From Felis catus (Eukaryota), in NCBI RefSeq assembly GCF_018350175.1, contig NC_058368.1, positions 160,954,001-161,018,000 on the forward strand: a DNA stretch of 64,000 nucleotides. Direction: 5' to 3'. Each line of letters starts with the position of its first letter. Position 1 is the first letter of the stretch. The notes below the pieces were generated by a model. That model was not told the origin of the DNA and did not search any database. It saw only the letters and a list, made by a program, of their open reading frames with translations. The position numbers and the translations under genes are program-made. Positions 1-13,099 of the stretch are shown one piece after another.

Positions 1-3000
1 GTAAACATTTATGTGCCAAATGTGAAAGCACCCAAATATATAAATCGATTAATCACCATCATAAAGAAACTCATCAATAGTAATACATAATTGTAGGAGA
101 CTTCAACACTCCCCCCTCTCCCAACAGCAATGGAAAGATCATCTAATCAAAAAATCAACAAGGAAAAATGGCTTTCAATGACACACTGGACCAGATGCAC
201 TTAACAGATATATTCAGAACATTTCATCCTAAAGCAGCAGAATATGCATTCTTCTCCAGTGTACATGGAACGTTCTCCAGAATAGACCATATAATGGGAC
301 ACAAATCAGCCTACATAAGTATAAAAAGATCAAGATCACACCGTGCATATTTTCAGACCACAACACTATGAAATTTAAAATCAACCACAAGAAAAACTTT
401 GGAAATGTAACAAATACTTGGAGACTGAAGAACATCCTACTAAAGAATGAATGGGCTAACCAAACAGTTAAAGAGGAAATTAAAAAGTATATGGAAGTCA
501 ATGAAAATGATAACACCACAGCCCAAAACCTGTGGGATGCAGTAAAGGCGGTCATAAGAGGAAAGTATATAACAATCCAGGCCTTCTAAAGAAGGAAGAA
601 AGATCTCAGATACACATCCTAATCTTACGCCTTAAGGAGCTGGAAAAGAACAGCAAATAAAACCCAGAAACAGCAGAAGACAGGAAATAATAAAGATTAG
701 AGCAGAAATTAATGCTATTGAAACCAAAAACACAGTAGAACAGATCAATGAAACCAGAAGCTGGTTCTTTGAAAGAATTAACAAAATTGATAAACCACCA
801 GTCAGTTTGATTCAAAAAGAAAAAGGAAAGGACCTAAATAAATAAAATCAAGAATGAAAGAGGAGAGATCACAACCAACACAACAGGTAAAAACAATAAT
901 AAGAGAATATCAGGAGCAATTATATGCCACTAAAATGGGTAATCTGGAAGAAATGGACAAATTCCTAGATACATATACACTACCAAAACTGAAACAAGAA
1001 GAAATATAAAATTTGAACAGACCCATAACCAGTAAGTAAATCAAATTAGTAATCAAAAATCTGCCAAATAACAAGAATCCAGGGCCAGATGACTTTACAG
1101 GAGAATTCTATCAAACATTTAAGGAATGTTAACACCTTAAACATTCCTTAAGGAAGAGTTAACACCTATTCTCTTCAAGCTGTTCCAAAAAAATAGAAAT
1201 TCAAGGAAAACTTCCAAACTCTTTCTATGAAGCCAGCATCACCTTGATTCCAAAACCAGAGACCATACTAAAAAGAACTATAGATGAATTTCCCTGATGA
1301 ACATAGATGCAAAATCCTCAACAAAATACTAGCCAACCAGATCCAACAATATATTAAAAAAATTATTCACCATGACCAAGTGGGATTTATACCTGGGATA
1401 CAGGGCTGGTTCAATATCTGCAAAACAATTAATGTGATTAATCACATCAATAAAAGAAAGGACAAGAACCATATGATCCTATCAATAGATGCAGAGAAAG
1501 CATTTGACAAGATACAGCATCCTTTCTTGATAAAAACCCTCAAGAAAGTAGGGATAGAAGGAGCATACCTCAAGATCATAAAAGCCATATATGAACAACC
1601 CAATGCTAATATCATCCTCAATGGGGAAAAACAGAGAGCTTTCCCCCTAAGGTCAGGAACAAGACAGGGATGTTCACTCTTGCCCCTGTTATTCAACATA
1701 GTATTGGAAGTCTTAGCCTCAGCAATTAGGCAACACAAAGAAATAAAAGGCATCCAAATCGGCCAGGAGGAGGTCAAACATCCACTCTTCGCAGATGACA
1801 TGATACTCTATATGGAAAACCCAAAAGATTCCACCAAAAAACTGCTAGAATTGATTCATTAATTCAGCAAAGGTGCAGGATATAAGATCAATGCACAGAA
1901 ATCAGTTGCATTCCTATACACCAACAATGAAGCGACAGAAAGAGAAATCAAGGAATTGATCCCATTTACAATTGAACCAAAAACCATGAAATACCTAGGA
2001 ATAAATCTAGCCAAAGAGGTTAAAAATCTATACACTGAAAACTATAGAAAGCTTATGAAAGAAATTGAAGAAGACACAAAAAAATGGCAAAAGATTCCAT
2101 GCTCCTGGATAAGAAGAACAAATATTATTAAAATGTTGATACAACCCTAAGCAATCTACATATTCAATGCAATCCCTATCAAAATAACACCAGCATTCTT
2201 CACAGACCTAGAACAAAGAGTGCTAAAATTTGTATGGAACCAGAAAAGACCCTGAATAGCCCAAGCAATCTTGAAAAAGAAACCAAACCAGGAGGCATCA
2301 CAATCCTGGACTTCAAGCTATACTACAAAGCTGTAATCATCAAGACAGTATGGGACTGGCACAAGAACAGACATTCAGATCAAAGGAACAGAAAAGAGAA
2401 CCCAGAAATGGGCCCACAAATGTATGGCCAACTAATCTTTGACAAAGCAGGAAAGAATATCCAATGGAATAAAGACAGAGTCTTCAGCAAGTGGTGCTGC
2501 AAAAACTGGAAGAATGAACCTGGATCACTTTCTTACACCATACACAAACATAAACTCAAAGTGGATGAAAGACCTTAATGTAAGACAGGAAGCCACCCAA
2601 ATCCTCGAGGAGAAAGCAGGCAAAAACCTCTTTGATCTTGGCCACAGCAACTTCTTACTCAACTCCTCTCCACAGGCAAGGGAGACAAAAGCAAAAATCA
2701 ACTACTAGGACCTCATCAAAATAAAATGCTTCTGCACAGTGAAGGAAACAATCAGAAAAACTAAAAGGCAACCAAAGGAATGGGAGATGATATTTGCAAA
2801 TGACATATCAGATAAAGGGGTAGTATCAAAAATCTATAAAGAACTTATCAAAGTCAACACCCAAAAAACAAATAATCCAGTGAAGAAATGGGCAAAAGAT
2901 ATTAATACACACTTCTCTAAAGAAGACATCCAGATGGCCAACCGACACACGAAAAAATGCTCAACATCACTCATGATCAGGGAAATACAAATCAAAACCA

Positions 3001-3757
3001 CAATGAGATCCCACCTCACATCTGTCAGAATGGCTCACATTAACAACTCAGGCAACAACAGATGTTGGCAAGGATGTGGAGAAAGAGGATCTCTTTTGCA
3101 TTGTTGGTGGGAATGCAAGCTGGTACAGCCACACTGGAAAACAGTATTGATGTTCCTCAAAAAACTATAAACAGAACTACCCTACGACCCAGCAATTGTA
3201 CTACCAGGCATTTATCCACAGGATACAGGTGTGCTGTTTTGAAGGGACACATGTACCCCCATGTTCATAGCAGCACTATCAACAATAGCCAAGGTATGGA
3301 AAGAGCCCAAATGTCCATCGATGGATGAATTCATAAAGAAAATTATATAAAATAAATATACAATGGAGTATTACTCAGCAATCAAAAAGAATGAAATCTT
3401 GCCATTTGCAACTATGTGTATGGAACTGGACGGTATTATACTAAATGAAATTAGTCAGTCAGAGAAGACAAAAATCATATGACTTCACTCATATAAGGAC
3501 TTTAAGAGACAAAACAGATGAACGTAGGGGAAAGGAAAAAATAATATAAAAACAGGGAGGGGGACAAAACAGAAGAGACTCATACATATGGAGAAGAAAC
3601 TGAGGGTTATGGGAAGGGTTGTGGGAGGGTATATGGGCTAAATGGGTAAGGGGCACTAGGGAATCTACTCCTGAAATCATTGTTGCACTATATGCTAACT
3701 AATTTGCATGTAAATTTAAAAAAAGAATCTGAAAAAAAATTATATTTAGGAAAAAAA
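1..3757 (+). mobile_element. LINE-1 (carnivore/feline), decayed; starts inside the ORF2 endonuclease at the window edge and runs through RT, Cys-rich domain, 3'UTR and A-rich tail
   Basis: ORF fragments with L1 ORF2 motifs ([52 protein letters not shown]); many stops and frameshifts; A-rich end about 3715-3757. Confidence 0.97.
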
Positions 3758-3862
3758 GGCGTCCCCCAACATGCATGATTTCCAATCATGTTTCTGCTAC
3801 TTATTAGCTGATGCTATGGAATATGGAAATTTCATGAACCTCAATTATACCTCTGCTTTCTT

Positions 3863-4095
3863 TTTTTTTTTTAAGAAGAATCTCTAATATAAAAAAAAAA
3901 TTTAAATCTTTATTTATTTTTGAGAGACAGAGTGTGAGCCAGGGAGGAACAGAGAGAAGAACACAGAATCCAAACCAGGCTCCAGGCTCCAAGTTGTCAG
4001 CACAGAGCCTGATGCGGGGATTGAACTCTGGAACCGTGAGATCATGACCTGAGCTGAAGTGGAACACTTAACCGACTGAGCCACCCAGGCACCCC
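3863..4095 (-). mobile_element. CanSINE (feline SINEC)
   Basis: Reverse complement of the GGGGTGCCTGGGTGGCTCAGTCGGTT head, (CT)-rich part and A tail; TSD TATAC(C/A)TCTGCTTTCTT at 3846-3862 and 4096-4112. Confidence 0.95.
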
Positions 4096-4768
4096 TATAC
4101 ATCTGCTTTCTTAACTAGAAAATGGTGACAATAAGATCACTTCCCTTACAGGGTCTTGTTTATAAATTATACACTTAGAAGGATATAGGCTCATAACAAT
4201 GTGTATAGACCATGGTGAATAAAACGTATATTATTTGTATCTATCAATATTGCTATTCTATACAAAATATTCCCACACATGATTAAAAATGGAGAAGGAA
4301 AAATGGTGGATGGAAATTAATTAGAAAGGATTTGGTGAGTGAGGACTTGCAGAAGACAGAAAGGAATTACATATAATATTATAGCATAGCATGCAAAGTA
4401 AAAATTTATGGTAAGTGGATTCATATGAAAATTATCTAGCCAGCCCTAAATAAGCAAACTGATTATACATTGACCACAGAACAACCATTCAAATCATGGT
4501 TAAAGTAGAAGGTAGTCTTGTCAAAGATTCAGAATGTCTATGGACTCACTGTGTTACAATAAAATGTGGTAATGTGTGATGGGTTACCTCAGAAGGAAAT
4601 GAGTAGTTCCTTCAGAAGAGGTAAACAAGTACTGGCTAAAGAAACAACTAGAAAAGCTATCATACACAACATTCAACATCTTTTTTTGAACTACCGAGCC
4701 TATAAAGTTCCTTTTCATATATAAATTTGGGATTACAACAAAGAAATACAGATAAAAGTGAAATTTTC

Positions 4769-5792
4769 CTTTTTAGAAGTGTCTCATCTGGTTTTGGAAT
4801 CAAGGTAATGCTGGCCTTGTAGAATGAGTTTGGAAGTTTTCCTTCCAATTCTATTTTTTGAAACAATTTGAGAGGAGTATTAACTCTTCTATAAACGTTT
4901 GAATTTAGAGAAGCCATCTGGCCCTGGACTTTTGTTTGTTAGGAGATTTTTGATTATACTGATTCAATTTCTTTGCTGGTTATGCCTCTGTTCAAATTTT
5001 TTATTTCTTCCTGTTTCAGCTTTGGTAGTTTATATGCTTCTGGGAATTTATCCACTTTTTCCAGATTGCCCAAATTTATTGGCATATAATTTTTCATTAA
5101 ATTATGTTATCATTATATTTCTATGGTGTTTCTTTCCTCTTTCCTTCATGATTTGATTAACTTGGGTTCTTTCTTCTTTTGGCTAAGTCTATCTAGGGAT
5201 TTATCAACTTTATTAATTCTTTCAAAGAACCAACTCCTAGTTTCATTGATCTGTTCATTTTATTTGTTTCTATATAATTTATTTCTGCTGTAATCTTTAT
5301 TATTTCCTTCTTATTCTAGATTTAGGATTTATCTGCTGTTCCTTTTCTAGCTCCTTTAGGTGTAAGGTTAGATTGTATTTGAGACTTTTCTTGCTTCTTG
5401 ATATAGGCCTGTATTGCTACATACTTTCCTCTTATGATCGCTTTGCTACATCCCAAAGGTTTTGGATTATTGTGAATACATTTTAATTTGCTTCCATGTA
5501 GTTTTAAAATTTCTTCTTCAGTTTCCTGGTTAACCCATTTATTCTTTGGTAGAATGTTCTTTAACCGCCATGTATTTGTGCTCTTTCCAAATATTTCTTA
5601 TGGTTGACTTCAAGTTTTATAGCATTGTTGTCTGAAAATATGCATGGTTTAATCTCAATCTTTTTGTACTGGTTGAGGCCCGACTTTTGACACAGTATGT
5701 GATCTTTTCTGGAGAATGTTTCATGTACACTCAAAAATAATGTGTACTCTGCTGCTTTAGGGTGAAATGTTATGACTATATCTGTTTAGACC
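4769..5792 (-). mobile_element. Inverted 5' segment of a twin-primed LINE-1 (ORF2 endonuclease/linker region)
   Basis: Minus-strand L1 ORF2 peptide ([27 protein letters not shown]); starts right after TSD AGTGAAATTTTC at 4757-4768. Confidence 0.92.
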
Positions 5793-5990
5793 TCGCTAAG
5801 AATTACAGGACAATATCCTTAATGAAGATGGATGAAAAAATTCTCAACAAGATACTAGCAAATCAAATCCAACAGTTCATTAAAATAATTACTCACCATA
5901 AAATAATTATTCACCATGATTTATTCCAGGTCTGTGAAAGCAGTTCAATATTCACAAATCAATCAATGGTGATATTAATAAAAACACATT

Positions 5991-6209
5991 GGGGCGCCTG
6001 GGTGGCGCAGTCGGTTAAGCGTCCAACTTCAGGCAGGTCACGATCTCACGGTCCGTGAGTTCAAGCCCCGCATCAGGCTCTGGGCTGATGGCTCAGAGCC
6101 TGGAGCCTGTTTCCGATTCTGTGTCTCCCTATCTCTCTGCCCCTCCCCCGTTCATGCTCTGTCTCTCTCTGTCCCAAAAATAAATAAAAATGTTGAAAAA
6201 AATAAAAAA
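5991..6209 (+). mobile_element. Young feline CanSINE (SINEC_Fc type) inserted in L1
   Basis: GGGGCGCCTGGGTGGCGCAGTCGGTTAAGCG head; TSD AAAACACATT at 5981-5990 and 6210-6219. Confidence 0.96.
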
Positions 6210-8137
6210 AAAACACATTAATAAAAGAAAGGATAAGAAACTTATATCCTCTCAATAGATACAGACAAAGCATTTGACAAAATACAGCATCCTTTCTTGA
6301 TAAAACCCTCAACAAAGTAGGGATAGAGGGAACATACCTCAATATCATAAAGGCCATATATGAAAGACCCACAGGTAATATCATCCTCAACGGAGAAATG
6401 GGAGCTTTTCCTTTATGGTCAGGAAAAAAAAACAGTGATGTCCACTCTCACCGTTGTTATTTAATATAGTACTGGAAGTCCCAGTTTCAGCAGTTAGACA
6501 ATAAAGAGAAGTAAAAGACATCTAAGTCGTCAAGGAAGAAGTCAAGCATTCACCATTCACAGATGCCATGAACCTCTGTTGAAAACTCAAAAGACTCCAC
6601 CAAGAAATTTCTAGAACTAATACATAAATTCAACAAAGTCACAGGATACAAAATCAACATACAGAAATCTGTTGCATTTCTATTCACCAATAATGAAGCT
6701 GCAGAAAGAGAAATCTAGGAATCAACCCGATTTCCAATTGCACCCAAAACCCTAAGATACTAGGAATAAACCTAACCACAGAGGTCAAGTATCTGTACTC
6801 TGAAAACTATAGAATGTTTGTGAAAGAAATTGAAAATGGCACAAAGAAATGGAAAAACATTCCATGCTCATGTATTGGAAGGACAAATATTGTTATAAAA
6901 TCTACACTACCCAAAGGAATCTACACATTTAATACAAGCCCTATCAAAATACCACCAGAATTTTTCACAGAGCTAAAACAGTACTAAAATCTGTAGGGAA
7001 CCACAAAAAATCCTAAATAGCCAAAGCAATCTTGAGAAAGAAAAGCAAACTTGGGGCATCACAATTTTGCACTTCAAGCTATATTACAAAGCTGTAGTCA
7101 TCCAGTCTGGTACTGGAACAAAACCAGACACACAGAACAATGGGTCAGAATAGAAAACCCATAAATGGACCTATAACTATATGGTCAACTAATCTTTGAT
7201 GAAGTGGGAAAGAAGAGCCAGTGAAAAAAAGACAGTTTCTTCAACAAATGGCATTGGGTAAACTGGACAGCGACCTGGAGAAGAATGAAACTGCACCACT
7301 CTCCTACACCCTACACAAAAATAAATTCAAATTGGATGAAATACCTGAATGTGAGACAGGAAACAATCAAAATCCTATAGGAGAACACAGGCAGCAACCT
7401 CTTTGACACTGGCCATAGTAACTTCCTACTAGACATGTCTCCAGAAGCAAGAGAAATAAAAGAAATAATGAACTACTGGACTTTATCAAGATAAAAAAAA
7501 ACCTTCTACATAGCAAAGGAAATAATCAAAAAAAATTAAAGTCAACCTACAGAATGGGAGAAGATAGTCACAAAAGACATATCAGATAAAGGGTAAGTAT
7601 TCAAAATCTATAAAGAGCTTACTTATCAAACTCAACACCCAAAAACAAATAATCCAGTTAAGAAATGGGCAGGAGACATGAATAGACATTTTTCCAAAGA
7701 AGACATCCAGATGGCTTACAGACACATGGAAAGATGCTCAACGTCACTCATCATCAGGGAAATACAAATCGAAACTACAATGAGATATCACCTCACAACT
7801 TTCAGAATCGCTAAAATTAACAAAACAGGAAATAAGGAAATAACAGATGTTGGTGAGGATGCAGAGAAAGTGGAACTCTCTTACATTGTTGGTGGGAATA
7901 CAAACTGGCACAGGCACTCTGGAAGACAGTATGGAAGTTCCTCAGAAAGTTAATAATAGAACTGCCCTATGACCCAGCCATTGCACTAGTAGCTATTTAC
8001 CCAAAGGATACAAAAACACTGAATTGAAGAGACACATGCACCCCAATGTTTATAGCAGCATTATCAACAATAGCCAAATTATGGAAAGAACCCAAATGCC
8101 CATTGACTGATGAATGGTAAGGAAGATCTGGTTTATG

Positions 8138-8138
<1 letters not shown>

Positions 8139-8178
<40 letters not shown>
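8139..8178. repeat. (TG)n microsatellite inside L1
   Basis: Direct reading. Confidence 0.95.
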
Positions 8179-8179
<1 letters not shown>

Positions 8180-8889
8180 ATGGGATATTACTCAGCCATC
8201 AAAAAGAATGAAATCTTGACATTTCCAACAACATGGATGGAGTTAGAGTGTATTCAGCTAAGTGAAACAAGTCAGGAAAAATACCATATGATTTCAGTCA
8301 TATGTGGAATTTAAGAAACAAAACAGATGAACATAGGGGAAGTGGGAAAAGAGAAGGAGGCAAACCATAAGAGACTCTTAACTATAGAGTACAAACTGGG
8401 GGTTGATGGAGGGTGGTGGATGGGGGCTAGATTGGTGATGGGTATTAAGGAGGGCACTTGCTGTGATGAACATTGGGTGTTATATGTGTGTGATGAATCA
8501 CTAAATTCTACTCCTGAAACCAATATTAAATTATATGTTAACTAACCATGATTTCAATGAAAACTTGAAACAAAACAGTGAAATTTTCATAAAATGAGTA
8601 ATTTCAGTCAAGAAAGAGTTTATTTGTTGATATTTATGGTCAGGTTTTACCTTATAAAGATTATAGCTCAAGGGTTCAGAAATTATATTAAGAAAGATAA
8701 AGGAAGGAAAAATATCAAATACATATAAAAAGAAATTCTCCCTATAGATGGTTTTGAGAAAAAAAGGTGATTTTTAAAGAGAAAAATATTAAATCAAATG
8801 CAGAGAATTATCTCATGTCAAAACATAGTATGTAAATTATTTCTAGAGCATTACACCTCAAAGACCACCCAGACTAATTTTGTACGTGT

Positions 8890-9030
8890 GACAGAGGGGG
8901 ATTTCCTTTGATGCTAATCAAGCTTAAGCTTCAGAGACTTTAATTTATATGTCTCTATAAAGCTACCTAATTAAAAAAAAAGGTTAATGAAGGTGTGTGT
9001 ATTCTTGAAGCTTCGCAAAATGTAGGCCGT
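8890..9030. mobile_element. Possible ancient hAT-type DNA transposon fragment
   Basis: GCTAATCAAGCTTAAGCTTCAG resembles a terminal motif I recall from old mammalian hAT elements; not verifiable here. Confidence 0.3.
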
Positions 9031-10184
9031 TTACTAAATGTGACTAAGGTCAAGTGTTAAAAGTCACAGTCACATGTGTTAAAAGTCATGTTTATATTTG
9101 TCAAAAGCCATGCTCATATGTCACCCCCCTTTCTTGACAATGCATCCACATGATAGGGTGTCTTCTAAGTAGGTATTTGGGTAACTTTCCTTACATCCAG
9201 CCCTCCATTAGTTAGCTCATAAGGCTCCCATTTTTAGATACATTCACAGAGTATTAAGGAGACAATTTGAACTATATGACTAGCTTATATCCCTGGCCTT
9301 GTTAATTGGTGATAAAGCTGGTATTTTGATAATTATTGTTATTTTGTATCTATTACCTAACAGTGAACTCTTGTAAAGAGACACGGGTATGAATTAATTT
9401 CATCACAAGGGCACAGTCACCTAGGGATCGAGATGGCCCTATGCATGATGGCCCTGACTCAACTAAAGTACTATGTTTCTCCACTTTTTTGTGACTTATT
9501 TTTAAAGCAAATTGTGCAACCCCTTACTCCCAGAATAAGCTTTACCTCTTTCCTACATCTGTTGAAGGCCTTCTCCTGTCACTATATCACCATCTTACTT
9601 TACACTTCACTTTTTCTTTCTATCCCATCTTTAACACACCCATCTTTATCAACACATCTTTCTTAACACAACAAATATGATAGTCTCTGAGAAGTGTATT
9701 TCTCCCTTGTTTCGTGTATTACTACTTATTTACTATATTGTATACATATTCATCATTTTTAAATAGATTGTAACTTCTTTAATAGAAATATTCATGATTC
9801 ACATTACTTTTCTATCTTTTTGAGACTTTTTAAGAGTAGACATTCAATAAATGTATATTGAATAGTTTTTTGATAAATTATAGGTTGAAGGTTTCTTATG
9901 TTAGGGACATAGTTGCTAAATATCTGTATTAACAGTTCTTAAAGTAACTTATGTGAGTACAGTTAAATTCACTGGCATTCATTTGGAAAATAAAAACATA
10001 AATTTTGTACCAGTGTCTGAACCTGCACATCTGTTGTCATAGTAGAAATAAATTTTCATTTGGTTTTGTAATCCTGTAATCAAAAATAACATCTTTTCTG
10101 TGTTTTAAAAGAATCTTGACCACAATAATTTAAGAATATTTTACTTGCAATTCCTTAATTAAAATGCTTATTAACCATTTCTTA

Positions 10185-10402
10185 TTTCTTTTTTTGGAAT
10201 TCTTTAATATTTATTTATTTTTGAGAATAAGAGTGCAATCCAGGAGGGTCAGAGAGAGAGAGGGAGACACAGAATGTGAAGCAGGCTCCAGGCTCCAAGC
10301 TGTCAGCACAGAGCCCGATGCGGGGCTTGAACCCACAGACCGTTGAGACCATGACCTAAGCTGAAGTAGGAAGCCCAACCGACTAAGCCACCCAGCCGCC
10401 TG
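10185..10402 (-). mobile_element. CanSINE
   Basis: GAGAGAGGGAGACACAGAAT...GGCTCCAGGCTC...GCCACCCAG pattern with T-rich tail. Confidence 0.93.
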
Positions 10403-10839
10403 CCATTTTTTTCTTATTTTACAATGTCTTTATTTTTAGTGCAATCCAGAAAAGAAAATGAATGTGGCTTAATAATATAAGAATGCTTGGCTTTGGCTGG
10501 GTAAAGTTTACAGCCTTATTTTTTCAGTCTCAGGGGATTTATAAAACTCAGAGGAGTTAAAGTTGGTCTGTGAACCATGCTGACCAATCTTAAAATGTGT
10601 GATATTTTTCTCCCTTGCAGGACCTTAGAAGAGCCCCTATGCCATGCTTATTAATCCTCATTTTTTTTATTTGCTTTTATGTTGGTAGGTAGAACCTAAA
10701 AAAAACCTCACACTACTGGTAGCCTGAGAATTCCACTGGAGCATACTAAAGCAATTGTGACACAGGTGTATGTGTATGTGATCAAGTTTAAAGATATAAA
10801 TCTGGGACTATGCAATGTATAGCTCTATGAACTTTGTAA

Positions 10840-10950
10840 TGGAGCTTCTGCTGCTGGACTTGATAGGGTAACAGCAACCATATTACCCTCTCACTTAAAA
10901 CAACTTAAAAAATAAAGAAAATATATAGAACAGAATTTTTCAGATGTTAG
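10840..10950 (+). mobile_element. Possible old L1M 5'-end fragment
   Basis: CTTCTG...GTAACAG...TTACCCTC...AAACAACT...AATATAT resembles ancient L1M 5' termini (from recall only). Confidence 0.35.
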
Positions 10951-11363
10951 CCCTAGGACAGAACACTTCAAATGCAATCAACCAGTTACTACCAATTTAA
11001 TATATAAAATGTATATAGATGTGAATTTTTATTCCATGATTGAATAAGACCCTGCTTAGTCATTATAGCTTTTCTAGACAAACTACGCCAAAACAGAGAA
11101 ACCACAGACCAATACTTTCACAGGAACTCAGGAGAGTTTACTGATTTCATGACTCAACTAAGGATATTTTCAGAAAGATCATATAACTACACCTATTTCC
11201 ACACTGAATCCTTATTTCAAATGCCTCAAATTGTCTCAACCACATCATCACAAAAAGAGGTTTAGGAATTATTAGGAAAGATTAGCAGAACCAGTTTGTA
11301 ATGGTTCTTCACTTTAAATGTAATGGTTTTATTCTGTGATCTTCTACCCAGTGATCACGTGTC

Positions 11364-11399
11364 GTGTGTGTGTGTGTGTGTGTGTGTATACACACACAT
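11364..11399. repeat. (TG)n followed by (CA)n microsatellite
   Basis: Direct reading. Confidence 0.9.
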
Positions 11400-12524
11400 G
11401 CATATGAACTCTTAGGGCTGGGGTAGGCAGCCTTACACAATCAGCACCTGAACTCATCCCTGGATTTAAATATTCCCTCATTTTGTTCAGTCATGAGTGT
11501 CTTCCTTGGTGTTTAATCCAACAGATTTGATGAACAAAAAGATTACATAGAATCTAGAAAACAAAATCTGGAGTAGTACATGCATCCCAATTTAACTAAA
11601 TTTCAATCATAAAAGAAAATAGATACGTTTTAACATAGACTAGTGCCAAAAGGTGCTAAGATCACCCCAATAGAGAACATGTATGTGCATTAAAGAAATC
11701 CAAGTAGATGCAAACATTTGAAATTTCCACTTATATTTCTTTCCATGTGAGTAAATAGTATCTCCTCATTTTCATAAGTAACTAAGCTGCACTAAGGAAA
11801 AATGCATTATGATACAAAAAATTAAACGTTATTCTGTTAGGTATATCTGGCTAAAAGGTATTGAAACAGTGATAATAGCTACTACAAACTGAGAATGTTT
11901 ACATTATGACTTTTTCCCTCTGTTAAATTCTGCCACAGCCATTTAAAATTTATTTTTTATGAATTGTGAATTCTCAAAACAATTTCAGATTAACAGCACT
12001 ATATGCATATACAGCAATAACAGATTCTTGGAAAATTAGAAATAACAGATACTTGGAAAATTTGAAAAGGTGGCTAATTGTGTAAAGAAAATAAGGCACT
12101 CACATTATAAAGAAAATAAGGTCTCACATTTGTTCACTGGGAAGCTTTCAACTGACAGGCTGCTGTGATCTCTCTTATCTACTCCAGCCTCTCAACAAAT
12201 ATCCTTGTTCAAGTATCTACTCAGTAATTTTTCTATTATCACCTTCAAGTCCTTTGCAAGACCAGATAATATGCTTGGAAACACCTATTTTCTCCTTCCA
12301 CCATGCTGTTACTATTTTATCAGACATACCCAAATTTCTTATCATTCTGGACATTTCCTAGTTTAACCAGAAAACGGACATCTGCTACCTGTAAACCATT
12401 TTGTTTGGAAAAAGATTTCACATAGCAGTTCCCTTGTCACTTCATTTCGATTAAGTGCTTTTTAGGTCCTCTCCTCTAAAACATACTTTGACATAAGGCT
12501 TATTTTACTGTCTCTGTATTTGTG

Positions 12525-12526
<2 letters not shown>

Positions 12527-12566
<40 letters not shown>
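12527..12566. repeat. (TA)n microsatellite
   Basis: Direct reading. Confidence 0.97.
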
Positions 12567-12569
<3 letters not shown>

Positions 12570-13085
12570 TTTTAAATATATTGTGTTTGTATGATGTTCT
12601 CTTCCTTATTTTTACTGGGTTACTAGAAGCCAGGAGACTTGTCTATAACTCAACAAATGTCCATCTCTGTCTAGTTCTCAAGAAGGTGCTCATGAAAAGT
12701 CTTTCAGTGTAGAAGAAAATCTATCAGCCTGCTACATCAGTGAAGATTGTTTCTGAACCTCCAGGAAAGCCACAGATATTCTCACAGAAAAAATGCTTCC
12801 ATAAGAATTTTCAGTACATTTTTAAATTAAAACAAAATAAGCCAATTGTCAAAAGGTAGCAAATTTCTTTTGGCCCAAAATGTATACTTTCAGAGGCTTA
12901 CAAGTTATTTTCTGATGGATTGAATTAAAAGTATAACCGTTGCTGTCATTTATTATTGGTTAAAATGTTGAATCTAAAGATTCTATTCATTATTCCATAT
13001 GGAATAGCTATCTTTTTAAATTGAAACTTGAGGGATTTTACTTGTTTTCTTTTTGTTTTTCCCCTTTGGTAGAGAATGAGGACTG

Positions 13086-13099
13086 GTTGCTACAGCAAC
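13086..13099. promoter_or_regulatory. RFX X-box-like palindrome
   Basis: GTTGCTACAGCAAC compared with consensus GTTGCCATGGCAAC; both outer half-sites intact. Confidence 0.4.

Larger units (their letters stand above)
5797..8576 (+). mobile_element. Sense 3' segment of the same twin-primed LINE-1 (RT to 3'UTR), decayed
   Basis: [25 protein letters not shown] and [13 protein letters not shown] motifs; carnivore L1 3'UTR; second TSD copy AGTGAAATTTTC at 8577-8588. Confidence 0.95.

Noticed and set aside
5991..6070. tRNA genes in SINE heads (here and in all other copies)
   Set aside because: The A/B boxes belong to tRNA-derived CanSINEs with (CT)n, tails and TSDs; they are not functional tRNAs.
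10621..10684. Strong acceptor TTTTTCTCCCTTGCAG followed by TTG|GTAGGT
   Set aside because: The putative exon is T-rich and intron-like, and nothing else supports it.
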